Positions 38,183-50,517 of a stretch of 64,000 nucleotides of DNA are shown one piece after another. This DNA comes from Octopus bimaculoides (Eukaryota). Under the pieces are notes generated by a model that was not told the origin of the DNA, did no database searches, and saw nothing but the letters and a program-made list of their open reading frames with translations. Position 1 is the first letter of the stretch. Every line of letters starts with the position of its first letter. The position numbers and the translations under genes were made by a program. Location: NCBI RefSeq assembly GCF_001194135.2, contig NC_068987.1:62141448-62205447 (forward strand), read 5' to 3'.

Positions 38183-38401
38183 AACTCCCTTCATATTAAC
38201 ATAATTTAACATCACTTTCCATGGTTACTATTGTCATCATTTAAAATTTTAAAACTTAAGCCTGCAGTTCTCATTTTAACCTTTTTTATATAACATACCA
38301 AAGACCATCCTTGGTTCTATGATACAAACTTCATGTATTATAGATTTAATTAAAACTTATTAAAATTTCAAGTTTATTTATGAGCCAAACACCAGTTTAG
38401 T

Positions 38402-39360
38402 AATCACCATAATCATCATCATCATCATTTAACGTCTGTTGTCCATACTGGCATGGGTTGGACGGTTTGACTTGTCTGGCTTGCTGGATTGCTGCACGAG
38501 ACTCCAATTTGACTTGGCATGGCTTTCTACAGCTGAATGCCTTTCCTAATGCCAACCACTTCAAGAGTGTAATGAGTGCTTTTACATGCCACCAGCACAG
38601 GTGCCATTTGTGTGACACCAAGGTGCTTTTATATGCAGCTGGCATGAGTGCCATTTGCGTGACACTGGTATGTGCCATGACTGTGATTTTGCTCAGCTTG
38701 AGGGTCTTCTTCTCAAGCATGACATAATGCCAAAGGTCTCAGCTACCTTACCTCCATGACGCCCAACACTCAAAAGGAACTGAGCCACTTTGCCTCCGTG
38801 AAGCCCAATGCTCGATAAAGGAATTCAGTCACTTTGCTTCAGTGAGGCCCAGATGCTCAAAAGGTGTTCTTTATGTGTCGCTGGCATGGGTACCAGTTAC
38901 CACAGCTATGATTTCATTTGGCTTGATGGGTCCTCTCAAGCACAGCACATCACCAAAGGTCTTGGTCACTAGTCATTGCCTCTGTGAGGTTCAAAGTTTG
39001 AAGATCAAGCCTCACCACCTTGTCCCATGTCTTCCTGGGTTTACCTCTACCACAGGTTCCCTCCACAGTTAGAGATCAACACTTATTTACACAGCTGTCC
39101 TCGTCCATATGCATCACATGACCATACCAGTGCAGTCGTCTCTCTTGCATATCACATCTGATGCCTGTCATGCTTAACTTTTCTTTCAAGATACTTACAC
39201 TCTGTTGAACATGCACATTGATATTGCATATCCACTGAAGCATACTGGCTTCACTTTTTTCAAGCCTACGCATGTCCTCAGCTGTCACAGCCCATGTTTT
39301 ACTGCCATGCAGTATAGCTGTTCATACGCAGGCATCAAACAATTTGCCTTTCACTCTGAA
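38402..39360 (-). mobile_element. Decayed RTE LINE 3' portion
   Basis: (CAT)n tail and fragment MTAEDMRRLEKSEASMLQWICNINVHVQQSVSILKEKLSMTGIRCDMQERRLHWYGHVMHMDED. Confidence 0.9.
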
Positions 39361-39760
39361 CTTTGCCCAACCTAATCCTATTCTCACAGCTACTTATATT
39401 TTACATTACTTCTCTAAATTAATTGAAATTAATTGCACAGAGAAAAGTGGGTGCAGGTTTCTGTACATGTCATGTTATATAATAAAAAAAATGGGTGAAA
39501 ATATACATCTACGTGTGTGTGTGTGTGTATGAGGAGTACTGAATAGTTCCTGGCTTTGGATAAAAGAAAATACAGGAGGATTAGTTATGATTTTATTCAA
39601 CATCTCAGATTTACACACTCGTTGCAGCAGTCCTTCACTTATTCTAAGCCCTGTAAGAGAATTCAGAAGGCTGGGCCTCCAGCCAGGCTTTTCCCGATAC
39701 CCTTAAAGCTAGGAAGTTTTCAGTAAAGCAACTCCTTATACATACATGTGCACACATGTG

Positions 39761-39792
<32 letters not shown>

Positions 39793-39809
39793 TGAATATA
39801 TGTGTGTAT

Positions 39810-40170
39810 ATGTGTGTAAGTATGAAGTGGACAGTCATTAAGTTCATTGAAGATATAAAGATGAAGAAAGCAACAGGTCTATCAAGTATAGCTGATGAGA
39901 TACTGAAAATGTCTGACAAATTAGAGCTGAAGCTAGCCACTTGCATAGCTAACCAGTTAATACAAGAAAGTATCATACCCAATGACTGGCAGAGTAGTAT
40001 AATCATCAGTTGATACAAAGGTAAATGAGATACTTTAGACAGAAGCAACCACAGCGGCATCAAAATGGTGGATTAGGTTACGAAAGAAATGGAAGAGCAT
40101 TAGCAGAGTTGATAAAGAAAATCAGCTGAGATGAGATGCAGTTCAGATGTGTGCCAGGTCAGGGTACTAC
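39810..40170 (+). mobile_element. RTE LINE RT-domain fragment
   Basis: IEDIKMKKATGLSSIADEILK...IPNDWQSSIII matches the KA.G.DGI..E.LK...IP.DW motif. Confidence 0.8.
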
Positions 40171-40186
40171 AGGTGCTAAGAGTAAG

Positions 40187-40404
40187 GCGACGAGCTGGCA
40201 GAAACGTTAGCAAGCCGGGCGAAATGCTTAGCAGTGTTTCGTCTGCCGTTACGTTCTGAGCTCAAATTCTGCCGAGGTCAACTTTGCCTTTCATCCTTTC
40301 AGGGTCGATAAATTAAGTACCAGCTATGCACTGGGGTCGATGTAATCGACTTAATCCGTTTGTTTGTCCCCTCTATGTTTAACCCCTTGTGGGCAATAAG
40401 GAAA
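40187..40404 (+). mobile_element. Young SINE family B copy with target-site duplication
   Basis: TAAGAGTAAG flanks the copy at 40177-40186 and 40405-40414. CpGs are retained. Confidence 0.85.
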
Positions 40405-40859
40405 TAAGAGTAAGTCTCTTTACCTAGAATTTGTTGATTTAGTTTAAGTTTTTAACAGAGTACCATAATCTGTAGACTGGTGGCCTTTAAGGAAACTGCA
40501 TTTTGAGGAATTGCTTGTGAGGGTGATTTAAGTCATGTGCAGAAATGCAGTCAGCTAAGTTAGTTGGGAAAAGTTTATTGAGGAATTTAGTGTGCAGTTA
40601 GGTGTTTGTCAAAGTTAAGTTTTCAGCCTTTTTGTTTATTAGAATTCCCCATGCCACCACAGTGGAGTTTGAGAGGCTATTCATAGGCTATTATACGGTG
40701 ATGACCTAATCCTTAAAACAGAAATTCCAGATTTGAGAGGCCGAATAGTAAACTTGGTGAAGACTAATGTTTTTTTTTTTTCTAAGTAGGAGAGAAGACA
40801 TGATTCTACTGCTCTCAAGAAAATGGCTATGCTTGTTATGCAGAAATAGAGTAGGTAGA

Positions 40860-42905
40860 AATTGCACGTGATGCACACTGTATAAGCGACTGGTGCATAA
40901 AATATGTACTGGGGTCATAGATAGGCTCTCATTGGATAAAGACTTTGCATGTGTCAGATGCGCAAGCACTAGTAAAACAAATTCTTTTTAATGCTAGGAT
41001 TCCATTGAAGTTGATTGCTTGTTACCTAGGTGATAAAATCTGTTGTGGAGGCAGCTACTTTGAAAGTAAACAAGAATAAGAACAAGATGGAAAAACTTCA
41101 GGGAGCTATTACTTCTACTGACAAGAAGAGGATTTTTTCTCTGAGCAAAGTGTAGATTGTTGTTTGTATACAAAGTTTGATTGTGCATGAGAGTGAGGCA
41201 TGAATTTTAAGAAGGTGTGTGAAGACTGAAGAAAAATGAAGCAAGCATTCTTTGCCGGATGTGTAATGTTAGTGTGCATGGGCCATATGGTACACTGAGA
41301 GAAAATCAGTGTATGAGAAATCAGAAGTAATGTGTAAGAAAGACAAATGTGCTTGTATGAACTTGTAAAGTGTATGGATGATGACAAGTGGATAAAGAAG
41401 CCTGAGGAGATTCAAGTGGGATGAAACTGTAAAAGAGCTGATCTCACAAAGGTAACGACCAAGAAACATGACAATTGGTGAGACACCGATCTGGAGAACT
41501 GAATTAGGGGAGAGGCAGAAAGGAAGAAATTTGCACATGTGCTGCAATGTGAGAGTCAGAAGCATGAGGTGTTACAGATTGTAAGAAGAGCATATCAGAA
41601 AAACAAAAAAAAAGCAAGATATCATTAAAGATGAAGAGTATCAGGAGTGATTGAAGAACACTTGCCTTTATTGCTGATGACAAAAAAGAAGTAGGGAAGT
41701 GCTATAAGAAAGGTTATTGAACAAGGAGAATATATGGGATAAAGGGAGTCTACCTCATACTGACTCAACAGAAGGATTAGCAATTCAGTTGAAAGCAGTA
41801 TGGGAGATAAGAGTGATTAAAGATATGAAAATTGGGAAAACTGCCAGCCCATCAGGGATAGTCACTGAGTTGCTCAAAATATCTGATAAAGTGGGATATT
41901 TGTTAGTCTCTCAAATAGTTAACTCTTACTCTTTTACTTGTTTCAGTCATTTGACTGTGGCCATGCTGGAGCACCGCCTTTAGTCGAGCAAATCGACCCC
42001 AGAACTTATTCTTTGTAAGCCTAGTACTTATTCTATCGGTCTCTTTTGCCAAACCGCTAAGTTACGGGGATGTAAACACGCCAGCATCGGTTGTCAAGCG
42101 ATGTTGTGGGGACAAACACAGACACACAAACACACACACAGACATATATATATATATACATATACACGACAGGCTTCTTTCAGTTTCCGTCTACCAAATC
42201 CACTCACCAGGCTTTGGTCAGCCCGAGGCTATAGTAGAAGACATTTGCCCAAGGTGCCACGCAGTGGGACTGAACCCGGAACCATGTGGTTGGTAAATGA
42301 GCTACTTACCACACAGCCATTCCTGGTAATAAAGGAAAATTTCACACATAATAACTGGTATAGCAGTTTTATTGTAAACTGCTTCAAAGGCAAAGGAGAT
42401 GAATTAGAGACTGGAAATTACAGGTGTCAAATTGTTGGCTCAAACTATGAATGTTACAGAAAATGTCATAGCACAATTGAACAGGAACTGGATAAGCCTA
42501 GATGAGATGCTGTTCAGCTTTCTGCTTGGAAGAAATTTCACAGATGTCATCTTTCTTGTCAGGTACTGCAAGAAAAGTACTCAGCTTAAAGTAATCTGCT
42601 ATATCTAGTATTTGTTGACTTAGAGAAGAATTTTGACATAGTGTCATTCTTAATAGTCCAATGGTCCATAGTGTCATTCTTAATAGTCCAGTGGTGACTA
42701 AGGAATGTAGGTGCAGGTGAATGACTAGTGAGGGTCACACAAATTATGTGTAAAGGTGCGGCCAGTATGATTTTAGCATGAAAGTAAGAGTGCATCAAAA
42801 TTCGCTCCTCAGCCTCCGTCTACGCATTGCCGTCTTACAGGCCAAATAGAGGAACTCAAGATCAGATGTCTATGGGGACTCCTATATGCTTATGACCTAG
42901 CTCTT
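40860..42905 (+). mobile_element. Decayed RTE LINE ORF2 fragment interrupted by a SINE (41930-42320)
   Basis: KDMKIGKTASPSGIVTELLK before the SINE and WYSSFIVNCFKGKGDELETGNYR after it. Followed by DLEKNFD- and LYAYDL-like motifs. Confidence 0.8.
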
Positions 42906-43419
42906 ATAGTTGAATCTATAGTAGAATATAATTGTCTTAATGTTGGATTCACTGATTGAAACAATACTTAATAAATAAATAAATAAATAAATAAAATAAA
43001 AAGTTGATTTTTTTTTGTGCCGGTGTACGTGTAAACATTAACCAGTGAAAACAAATCCTTAACATTGCTAAGACTGCATCCCTACGACTACCTCTTTCCT
43101 TTAGGGTCTATATTATTTGACGAGCACCGTATACAAGAGTAAACATACTCAGCAATCAGTTTTCAATACCTTCTTGCAATATATTTCATTTTCCTCTTGT
43201 TGTTAATGATATTACAAAGCTTCATTTTAAATAACAAAAAAAAAAAAAAAANNNNNNNNNNAAAAAAAAAAAAAAAAAAAATCGATATTGATAGCACAAA
43301 TCTCCCGATATGACGTAGTTAAGAGGAAGCTGGTGTTGCCATACAAAAACGCTGTTCAAGCAGGATAACTCTTAGTGGTTTATTGTTATGCGTTGAAGAG
43401 TTACATATAAACACAGAAA

Positions 43420-43617
43420 ATGGCTGGACATGGTCACGGTCATGGCCATTGTTGTCACGAACACAAAAGCACTGGGCAAGCAGACGAAGACAGTGCTAAT
43501 GCGTTTAATTTGTATCTTAAAATAGACACAGATCGAATTGTATGTTTGAATGAAGCTGTGGAGGATTCTGGAAAACATGTCTTTAAACCATGGAATGAAC
43601 GTCTCTCGAAGGAAAAG
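43420..43617 (+). CDS. PITHD1: PITH domain-containing protein 1, exon 1
   Basis: MAGHGHGHGHCC...LYLKIDTDRIVCLNEAVEDSGKHVFKPWNERLSKEK matches the PITHD1 pattern LYLRIDLERLQCLNE...GVFKPWEER. 198 bp, with an AAG|GTTTTT donor. Confidence 0.97.
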
Positions 43618-43974
43618 GTTTTTTTTAACAGCTTCAATATCCTTTTGTTTTTTTAAATAAATATTAATAATCACATTTTGTTTCACTTTTGTCAGACAAG
43701 ATGTTTTCTAGAAATATACTTCTAACCACGCATATATAAACACATTATACTATTAACTGTTACAAAATTTAATATATGCAAACATTACTGCGCTTGCTGT
43801 ATCATAAACGTAAACAAGATAGTAAAAGTAGCAAACAACCACACATTAATTTTTTTGTTAATTATAATGTAAAGTATTGGTATGTTAAACACACATGTAT
43901 GTGTTAAACGCACGCACATATACGGCCAGTGTTCTTCCAATCTTGGCTTGAAGGCCTACCTCTCTTTACTCTGT

Positions 43975-44345
43975 ACTCTTTTTACTTGTTTCAGTCATTT
44001 TGACTGTGGCCATGCTGGAGCACCGCCTTTAGTCGACAAATCAACCCCAGGACTTATTCTTTGGAAGCCTAGTACTTATTCTATCGGTGTCTTTTGCCAA
44101 ATCGCTAAGATACGGGGACGTAAACACACCAGCATCGGTTGTCAAGCGATGTTGGGGGGTCAAACAAACATATCCACATACATATATACGACGGGCTTCT
44201 TTTAGTTTCCGTCTACCAAATCCACTCACAAGGCTTTGGTCTGCCCGAGGTTATTGTAGAAGACACCTGCCCAAAGTGCCACGAAGTGGGACTGAACCCG
44301 GAACCATGTGGTTTGTAAGCAAGCTACTTACCACACAGCCACTCC
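43975..44345 (-). mobile_element. Full-length tRNA-derived SINE family A in PITHD1 intron 1; other copies ~2655, 5443, 21470 (+) and ~20100, 21990, 34320, 41930 (-)
   Basis: Minus strand: ggagtggctgtgtggtaagtagcttgc...ccgggttcagtcccact (A/B-box-like head), ttgggcaggtgtcttctac core, and aatgactgaaacaagtaaaagag tail. Confidence 0.9.
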
Positions 44346-44384
44346 TGCACCTCGGCGAAGATCAAACAAATTTTTTTAGTTTTA

Positions 44385-44439
<55 letters not shown>

Positions 44440-46257
44440 TCTGCGAATATTTAAGTTAAAATTTTAATTACTATGTGATTAATGTTCCTGTACTTTGTAG
44501 GAAATCGATGTTAATTTTAATATTCGAATTTCAAGCATGACTTACTAATGTTGAAAATACCCATGTTCCATTAGTTGAAATTTCTTAATCTCTTATTTTT
44601 GGTATTCCAAACCTTGCGATGCTTTCCTAACTGATTTTCATTAACAACTTATAATTGATTATTTTACCAGAGTTTATGTTTATTGTGCGCTAGTATTATA
44701 AATCTCGCAAACATTTGGTATCCCCCTGGGCATTTTGATATATACATCGAAGTACATAGTTAAATGAAATTAATAATCATACAATTAAATAATCAGTAGT
44801 AATTTTGTGAAATTAATTCTTAATTTCTTAAAAATCACCCCCACTCCTTGTCTTTGTGTGTTGCTACTAATCACTGCTCACAATTCAGATGGTCATATCT
44901 GTTCTCACATTATCCATTGCAGTAATTTGGTTTTTAAGACAGTGGAGGCAAGTAAAAGGATATTACGACTAAGTTTTGGTTTTCTTTTTCCACTTTAAAG
45001 TAAAACATCATTAAATGTCTAGTTTATGTAGAACCCAAGCATTGTTAATTTAATCAGATAGTAACCAACTTAACATGTTTGTCTTTAACGTCTTTTACTC
45101 AAACTTGGGATCAGTAAAGTGCAGTGGCAAGTTGAATGTGGGGCTTTTGAGCTGGTTCTAATATGCTTCAGATTGTACAAGTTTGTGTATAAATCTAACA
45201 ATTTCGATTCGAAGGGAAATAACTGTCTAGAGTTACGTCCCTTCATATGAGAATAGAGAACACAGAATTGTATATATTCCTGAGTTCAGTATTTTTCGAC
45301 TGGTCAAATATTTTCAACATAGCGATGTTGACGCGTCTTTAAAGGCACACACTAGCAGTATAGTTCTCTGGATATGTGAGCGAGGAGTGGATTCACCAAT
45401 CCACATTATAGGCTACTTGTGCAAGAGAGCAAGAATAAGAACTGATGCAGTATAACGAGGGACTCTTTAGTCCTTGCGTGGGACAAACTTTCCATTGTTA
45501 GTGGCATGATAAAATGCACCAAAACGTATGCAGAAAGCTGGCTTTGGTGATATGTCTTTGATCATGTTGATCTGTCCTTAAGATGCTAGCATAGGGAAAT
45601 GATGATATATCGTCAGTATTGATCTGAGCTTCACTAGAACTGAAGAGATCACTAAACTGTGCATGGTTTTTTCCACGAGGAAACAACAGTATACTGATTA
45701 CAAGGACTGAATCATTAAACTTCACTGAAAGGATTTGACCAGCTCTAAGTCTTTTTTTTTTTTTTTTTTTTTTTAATTAGACTTAGTAATACTAGAAAGA
45801 AACAAAACAATTTTCTAAAGATGAAATGATTCTTTTTTAAGCTGTTGGGGGTGAATATTCTTTGGAATAGGTTCCAGGTTTGCTGGAAATGTTTTATCTG
45901 TGATTGATGAGTGTCTTATTTGAGGAAAGATTCATAATTTATTCATTAAATGCAGTGAGTTTCAATCATTTTTGATGGTAGCCTTCTAAGAATGCATTTT
46001 TATCAACGGAGAGCTAATTTTATTTTCTTTAGGAATTTCACTTTAATTTCTATCAATATTCCAAGCACATTGCATTAATTTGTATTATAATCTGCTTATA
46101 TTACAAAGATATAGCTAAATATCAATCTTATGAGTTCACTTGTTTTGTATAATCATGCTTTTACATGGTTAAGTGATATTCAATGTTGTGCTTTGTCTTT
46201 ATATAATTATTTATATTTCTACATCTTGATTGTTGTGCCTTTTCTTTTCTTTTAAAG

Positions 46258-46301
46258 TATGTTGACAGTGATGTTGATGAAGAATTATTATTTAATATTC
46301 C
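46258..46301 (+). CDS. PITHD1: PITHD1 exon 2
   Basis: YVDSDVDEELLFNI(P), compare human FVESDADEELLFNIP. AG/GTAAGT boundaries, 44 bp. Confidence 0.97.
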
Positions 46302-47253
46302 GTAAGTATATATTTCAAAATCAGTAATTTATCCTTAGAAAATGTTGAAATAACTCTGAGTGTTGCNNNNNNNNNNACATGAATTTTTAGAAGGAATCGA
46401 AATAGACAGTGTAATGATTATATCTTTCCTAAGGGTATTTGTAATGTAATTGAAATGAAATAACATCGAATGGTTATGAGGGTCCACCCAAATAAAATAG
46501 GAATTAAAGGGGTTCATAGATAAAGAATGGTTGAGAAACACTGATCTAATTCATTGTTACTAAAGCATCAGTCTTCTCTTCAGCTAATTAATGATTGCTA
46601 ATACATTAAATTCCTACCTTTAGCCTACTTAATAATCCTTTCTACTAAAGGCACAAGGCCTAAAATTTGATAGGAGGGGACTAGTCCATTACATGGACCC
46701 CTGTACTCAACTAGTACTTAATTTATTGACCCCGAAAGGATGAAAGGCAAAGTCAGCCTCAGTGGAACATAAAGATGGATGAAATGTCGGTAAGCATTTT
46801 GCCCTGTGTGCTAACAATTCTGCCAGATCACCGCCTAAGCTTACTTAATAATGTTAACTGTTACATGATAGTCTTACTTCTTTCTTATTAATTAATCATT
46901 ACTAATACACCAAAGATTTTCTTTTCTCGATATAATTAATAGTTACTTATGCATTATAGTTTTACTTCTGACCAACTAATAATACTTTGTTATACACTGA
47001 AGTTTTACATCTTTCTAACAATATAGGTCAAAGAATCTTGACTGATGCTGTGCATTGGGATTGAATCAAGAATTTCTTAATGTCACAGTCATGCACATGT
47101 GGTTTATTATAATGCTGAAAGTCATAACTATGCTTATGTGTTGAGAAATAGATCAATAACAAAGTTATTCTGATTAGAAAATATGTTTGCCAATTGCTTA
47201 GTTTCATTATTTGTCAACTTCATGTATTCCCCCTTTTTTCTTCTTTTTGCTAG

Positions 47254-47331
47254 ATTTACAGGCCATGTTAAGCTGAAAAGTATTATTGTCATTGGAGGTG
47301 GTGAAAATATGGATCCATCAAAGATGAAGCT
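47254..47331 (+). CDS. PITHD1: PITHD1 exon 3
   Basis: FTGHVKLKSIIVIGGGENMDPSKMK(L), compare FTGNVKLKGIIIMG. AG/GTAAGT boundaries, 78 bp. Confidence 0.97.
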
Positions 47332-48276
47332 GTAAGTTATTCATCATCATTGTCATCACCATCATCATCAATGTTGTCATTGTCATCTTGTCATTTTACA
47401 GCTGGCATGGGTTGGACAATTCATTCCTTTTTCTTTTTTAAAAGAATATTTTGCTCATAGTAAATTTTTATCTTCAAATTGTATTGTTTTGAATTATTGA
47501 TCAGCAATGTGAATGTAACAACATGAAATAAACCAGTAACATGATGAAATATATGTAAACTATTCAAAGCTCAAAACAAATATATATATCTTCTATGGAC
47601 TTCAGGGATTTGAACTAAAGATATGAAAATATATAAAACATTAATTCCTGTACCATGCTTGATCTAAATCTCAACACCATGGAGTTGTTGGTAATAATAC
47701 AGTCACAAAGCTAAGAAAAAATTTTATCCTCATTTTCTTCCAGTTTTACATCTTGGCTCCAGTGATTTTACGGAGTTCCTCAGCACCGTATTGAAGATGA
47801 TGGCATAAATTCATAAGGACTTAGAATTTCATTTTAATTAATTGGAAAACCAGGGATAGAGCCCATGATTTTGATAGGCATTCCTAGACTAATGAGGTTG
47901 ATGCAGCTAATATTCAGCCTGAAATTTGTATGTCAATGACTGCAGGAAAAGTGTGATTGATGCAGGAATTCCAAACAGCTGCAGTCCAGCAGATGAAGGT
48001 CTGACTAAAGTGTTTAGTGTGGATTCTGAGGGGTGAAGTATATGGGTCTAGGTAGAGAGGATAGTTAACTAGTTTAACTTTTTTTGTTATCATATGTCTG
48101 TTGGAGTATATTGACTTTGTTTCAATTAGTTAAAAGGTTGGAGACCACTATCATTAAACACTACACCTCTATAACATATATTTCGTTTTAACATCTATAT
48201 TTTTCTATAGTGATAAGTTTGACTGAAATTTGATATTGAAAACCTCCTATCAGTTATTCAATCAACTTTTGTTTAG

Positions 48277-48381
48277 GTTCAAAAACCGTCCAGCAATGAC
48301 ATTTGATGACACAAATGCTGCAGCAGACCAAGAATTTGATCTTAATCCTGACCCAGAAGGCCAACTGCACTACCCAACAAA
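48277..48381 (+). CDS. PITHD1: PITHD1 exon 4
   Basis: FKNRPAMTFDDTNAAADQEFDLNPDPEGQLHYPT(K). AG/GTAAAT boundaries, 105 bp. Confidence 0.97.
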
Positions 48382-50213
48382 GTAAATTTTTGTTTTCAGT
48401 ATCTCCAATATTTATCTCTTTTACAACCACTGTTTCTTAGATTATTAACAATTGAACTTTATTTATTCTCATGCTTTACCTTGCTAATAAAAACTGAAGA
48501 TTTAGCTTTGTGTTTGCATGCAAGTCGGTAAGCTAGAGAAACATACCCTGAATTAAGGAATAAAGGAGAGGTGGTCGTTCTAAAGGCATTATTTATTTTT
48601 CAACTGGTTGTTCTTTTAAGATTTCTGTTTTGTAGAATGATGTTTTTTATTTCTTTTTTGATTTGAGATAAAAACCTTGTGTTATCAGAAAATGAATGAG
48701 AAAATATGACATAACATGCATGCTTTTACTATCATAGGACAGAAATGAATAACTTCTAGCAAAAATGGAAACCTGTTTATAGAATGGATCTTACCTCTGT
48801 TCTATAGCAACCTGTGTGTGTGTGTGAGAGAGACAGACAGACAGACAGACAGAGATGTTGAGTCAAAAATTTGAGGAGATTTTCACTGAAGATTTTTGAC
48901 AACTTCTATCTCCATGTTAAATTATTGAAACACTTATACCTAGTACTAAAACTTTCTTTCAACATGCTTTATATCTTGGCTCTAGTGATTTTACGGAGTT
49001 CATCAGCACTGTATTGTAGATGATGACATAAATTCATAAGGACTTAGAATTTCATTTTAATTAATTAGAATACCAGGGGTAGAGCCCATGATTTTGATAG
49101 GCATTCCTAGACTAATGAGGTTGATGCAGCTAATATTCAGCCTGAAATTTGTATGTCAATGACTGCAGGAAAAGTGTGATTGATGCAGGAATTCCAAACA
49201 GCTGCAGTCCAGTGGAGTGGTTGGTATTAGGAAGGGCATCCAATCAGAAAAACCCTGCCAAAACAAACACAGTAACCTGGGGTAGCCTTCTACCTGGCTG
49301 GCTCCTGTCAACCATCCTACCCATGCATGCATGGAAGACAGATGTTAGACGATGATGATAATATTGTTAATATTTATTTTGGAATAATACATAACATAAA
49401 CTTTAAATTAGTTAGAGAATATTATGAATATATCTTTTTTTAGTAGTCTTTTAATGCAACCTATATTTGTAAGCAACACACTGCCACACAAACTCACACA
49501 AACACACACACATTCATACAACTGCACAAACAACTACATTTATTGCAACACCTAATGTTAACACCTTAACACATTTAAAGAATATAGATTTATAACTCTT
49601 CAGTCTAAGAAATACTATTAACTATCCACTTGAATATCTTTCCAGTTCATTTTCCACACTTGACTGACTAATGTACTTTTTCTCACTTAACTTTTTAATT
49701 TTTAAAAATTCATTTACTCTAATCTTCATTCATTTATTAATTAATTTGAAAGCGTCTATTTCACGTGCTCTTAGTACTTACTCTCTCTCTTTACCTGCTA
49801 CTTGTGAAGTCCACCTTCTCTGTTAGCCTACCTATGGCTCCACTGCACCTCAGAATGTCCATAGTTTGTATGTATGTTTGGCCTCATGGAGGTGAGGGAT
49901 GAGGTGGTGAAACTTGATCTTTGAATGTTGAGCTTCACGGAGGCGATGACAAATGGCCAAGACCATAGCAATATGCTGTGCTTGAGAAAACTTGTTAGGC
50001 CAAGTGAAGCTGTAGTTGTGGCCATTGCCAGTGGCATGTAAAAAGCACCCATTACTCTTGGAGTGGTTGGCATTAGGAAGGGCATCCAGCCATAGAAACC
50101 ATGTCAAATCAGACTGGAACTTAGTGCAGCCCTCCGGCTTACCAGTTCCAGTCAAATTGTCTAACTTATGCCAGCATGGAAAGTGGACGTTAAATGATGA
50201 TGATGATGATATA

Positions 50214-50292
<79 letters not shown>

Positions 50293-50408
50293 NNNNNNNN
50301 NNNNNNNNNNNNNNNNNNNNNNNNNNNNNNNNNNNNNNNNNNNNNNNNNNNNNNNNNNNNNNNNNNNNNNNNNNNNNNNNNNNNNNTTTTTTTTTTTTTT
50401 TTGTCTAG

Positions 50409-50517
50409 AGTGGCTCGTTTTAACCAAGTAGAACACCTTACAATATATTTTCCTACTAATTTTGGTGCTGATTTAACAAGAATATATTATATTGGACTTC
50501 GAGGAGATTTCACTGTA
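50409..50517 (+). CDS. PITHD1: PITHD1 exon 5
   Basis: VARFNQVEHLTIYFPTNFGADLTRIYYIGLRGDFTV, compare NFGADTTKVFYIGLRGEWT. 109 bp, AG/GTAAGT boundaries. Confidence 0.97.

Noticed and set aside
39891-39918. CTGATGA...GAAA...GTC hammerhead-like string
   Set aside because: There is no stem II or stem I, and it is part of the RT coding sequence IADEILKMS.
45596-45700. Possible box C/D snoRNA in PITHD1 intron 1 (ATGATGA...CTGA)
   Set aside because: There is no terminal stem and no rRNA or snRNA complementarity that I could recognise.
47750-47790. Minus-strand CTGANGA plus a CTCC/GGAG hairpin in the 245-bp duplicate (and at ~48975-49012)
   Set aside because: GAAA is replaced by CAAG in both copies and there is no stem III or NUH.
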